A DNA stretch of 63,508 nt, the filler included, from Octopus bimaculoides (Eukaryota): assembly GCF_001194135.2 (NCBI RefSeq). It is 5 parts of 4 records of this genome, joined end to end, with 100 filler letters (N's around TTAATTAATTAA, not from the genome) between each part and the next. Parts side by side here need not be neighbours in the genome. Positions count along the whole stretch, not along the records: positions 62,417 to 63,508 come from NW_026310010.1; 4 more parts are not named here. One strand, 5' to 3'. Below, piece after piece: positions 62,317 to 63,508 of the stretch. The first letter of the stretch is position 1. The number at the start of each line of letters is the position of its first letter. The notes beneath the pieces were generated by a model that was not told the DNA's origin, did no database searches, and worked only from the letters and a program-made list of their open reading frames with translations. Made by a program: the position numbers and the translations under genes.

Positions 62317-63508
62317 NNNNNNNNNNNNNNNNNNNNNNNNNNNNNNNNNNNNNNNNNNNNTTAATTAATTAANNNNNNNNNNNNNNNNNNNNNNNNNNNN
62401 NNNNNNNNNNNNNNNNTGGCTCTTCCCACGGACCACAAATTAAATTTGTACCATGGAGGAATGTAGCGGCGGACAGAAAACAAGACAGGAAAACAAACGG
62501 AAAATGCTATACAGCCAGACGTGAAAAATTACTTGTATATTGAACGCTGTGTAGCAACGAACTGGAAGGAAGCGGGACAAAGTAGGTTCGTATGTTTGCT
62601 TGGCGATAGCCAAGGAAGAAAAGAATTAGTAGCTGGACACATGTGACCAGTGAGGGGTAAGGAGAAAGAGTGGTAGAGGGAGAAAAAAGGGGAGGAAGTA
62701 GAAAATAGGTGAGCAAAGAGAGGAAGAGAGAGATATAGTAGTAACAGAGGGAAGAATGAGAGGGGGAAAAAGATACTGAGATAGATAGTTGCGTCAGAAA
62801 ATATAAAGCTCAAAACTTACTTGCAGGGATGACGCGTGCATTCGATCATGTAAAACAAATAATAAATGCGTATATGCATATATACGTACAAGTATGTGCA
62901 TTGCTACATCTACCTGTATATATAAGTGCATATCTGGGTACAGGATGTTGCAAACAAAACGTAGACAAAAAAAATAATAACCAGAGTACAGAAAACACAC
63001 AGGCCACATAGAGAACATTTTCCTTCATCAGCTGCCACCATGTTAACACAGGCATTTCGAAGAGTTAGAGCAGGACGCATCGTTAAAATGGACCAATATA
63101 TGTATATATATGTATGTATATAGATATGTATATATATGTATATATATATAAGTATATTGTCACGAACACACGCACAAGACCTTCAATGAGAAAACCCGCG
63201 CACGCGACAAAGATGCTCAGTGAATCAAGGAGACCGCCAAGCCCGCGGAGCAGCGAAACGATAACAAAAAGAAATAACACAGACCATACGTCGCGTAGTC
63301 AAACTAATTTTTTTTTAAAAACAAAACAAAACATTCAATAACAATAATTCTTACTTTTAGAATAACACATTTGACAACAAAGTTTCCAAACATTTAACAT
63401 TACAAAGTTTCCTTTTCTTTTCAACTATTTAACATCACAAAGTTTTTTTTTTCTCTTCCTCTCTGATATAGTATATATACATATCCTGTCCTAATGTACA
63501 CGTTTTTA

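Noticed and set aside
63015-63075. Minus-strand GAAA...CTGATGA resembling a type-II hammerhead
   Set aside because: Stems I, II and III cannot be paired convincingly and no NUH triplet is correctly placed.

Overview
Eukaryotic, AT-rich, gap-ridden draft-assembly sequence. The very dense (TA)n/(CA)n/(GA)n/(TATG)n/(TAA)n microsatellites and the SINE families suggest an Octopus (coleoid cephalopod) genome; this is recognition from memory, not a database match. No host protein-coding gene can be identified with confidence, and nearly all ORFs in the supplied track are artefacts of microsatellites and N-runs. Supported content: many copies of three tRNA-derived SINE families (called A, B, C here); decayed Tc1 and mariner transposase fragments; two hAT/Charlie-type MITEs with TSDs; a long-TIR foldback MITE; a Penelope-like RT/GIY-YIG fragment; CR1/L2-like and RTE-like LINE fragments; and 3' ends of R4/Dong-type LINEs, one inserted in a (TAA)n tract. 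The most interesting signal is a set of minimal type-I hammerhead-ribozyme-like motifs in small non-coding repeats (best at 48006-48054, minus strand; a three-copy family at 2909, 23779 and 40572), plus a possible decayed HDV-like ribozyme near 37.1 kb. Several candidate exons and a promoter-like cluster at 7.0-7.3 kb are reported as low-confidence leads only.
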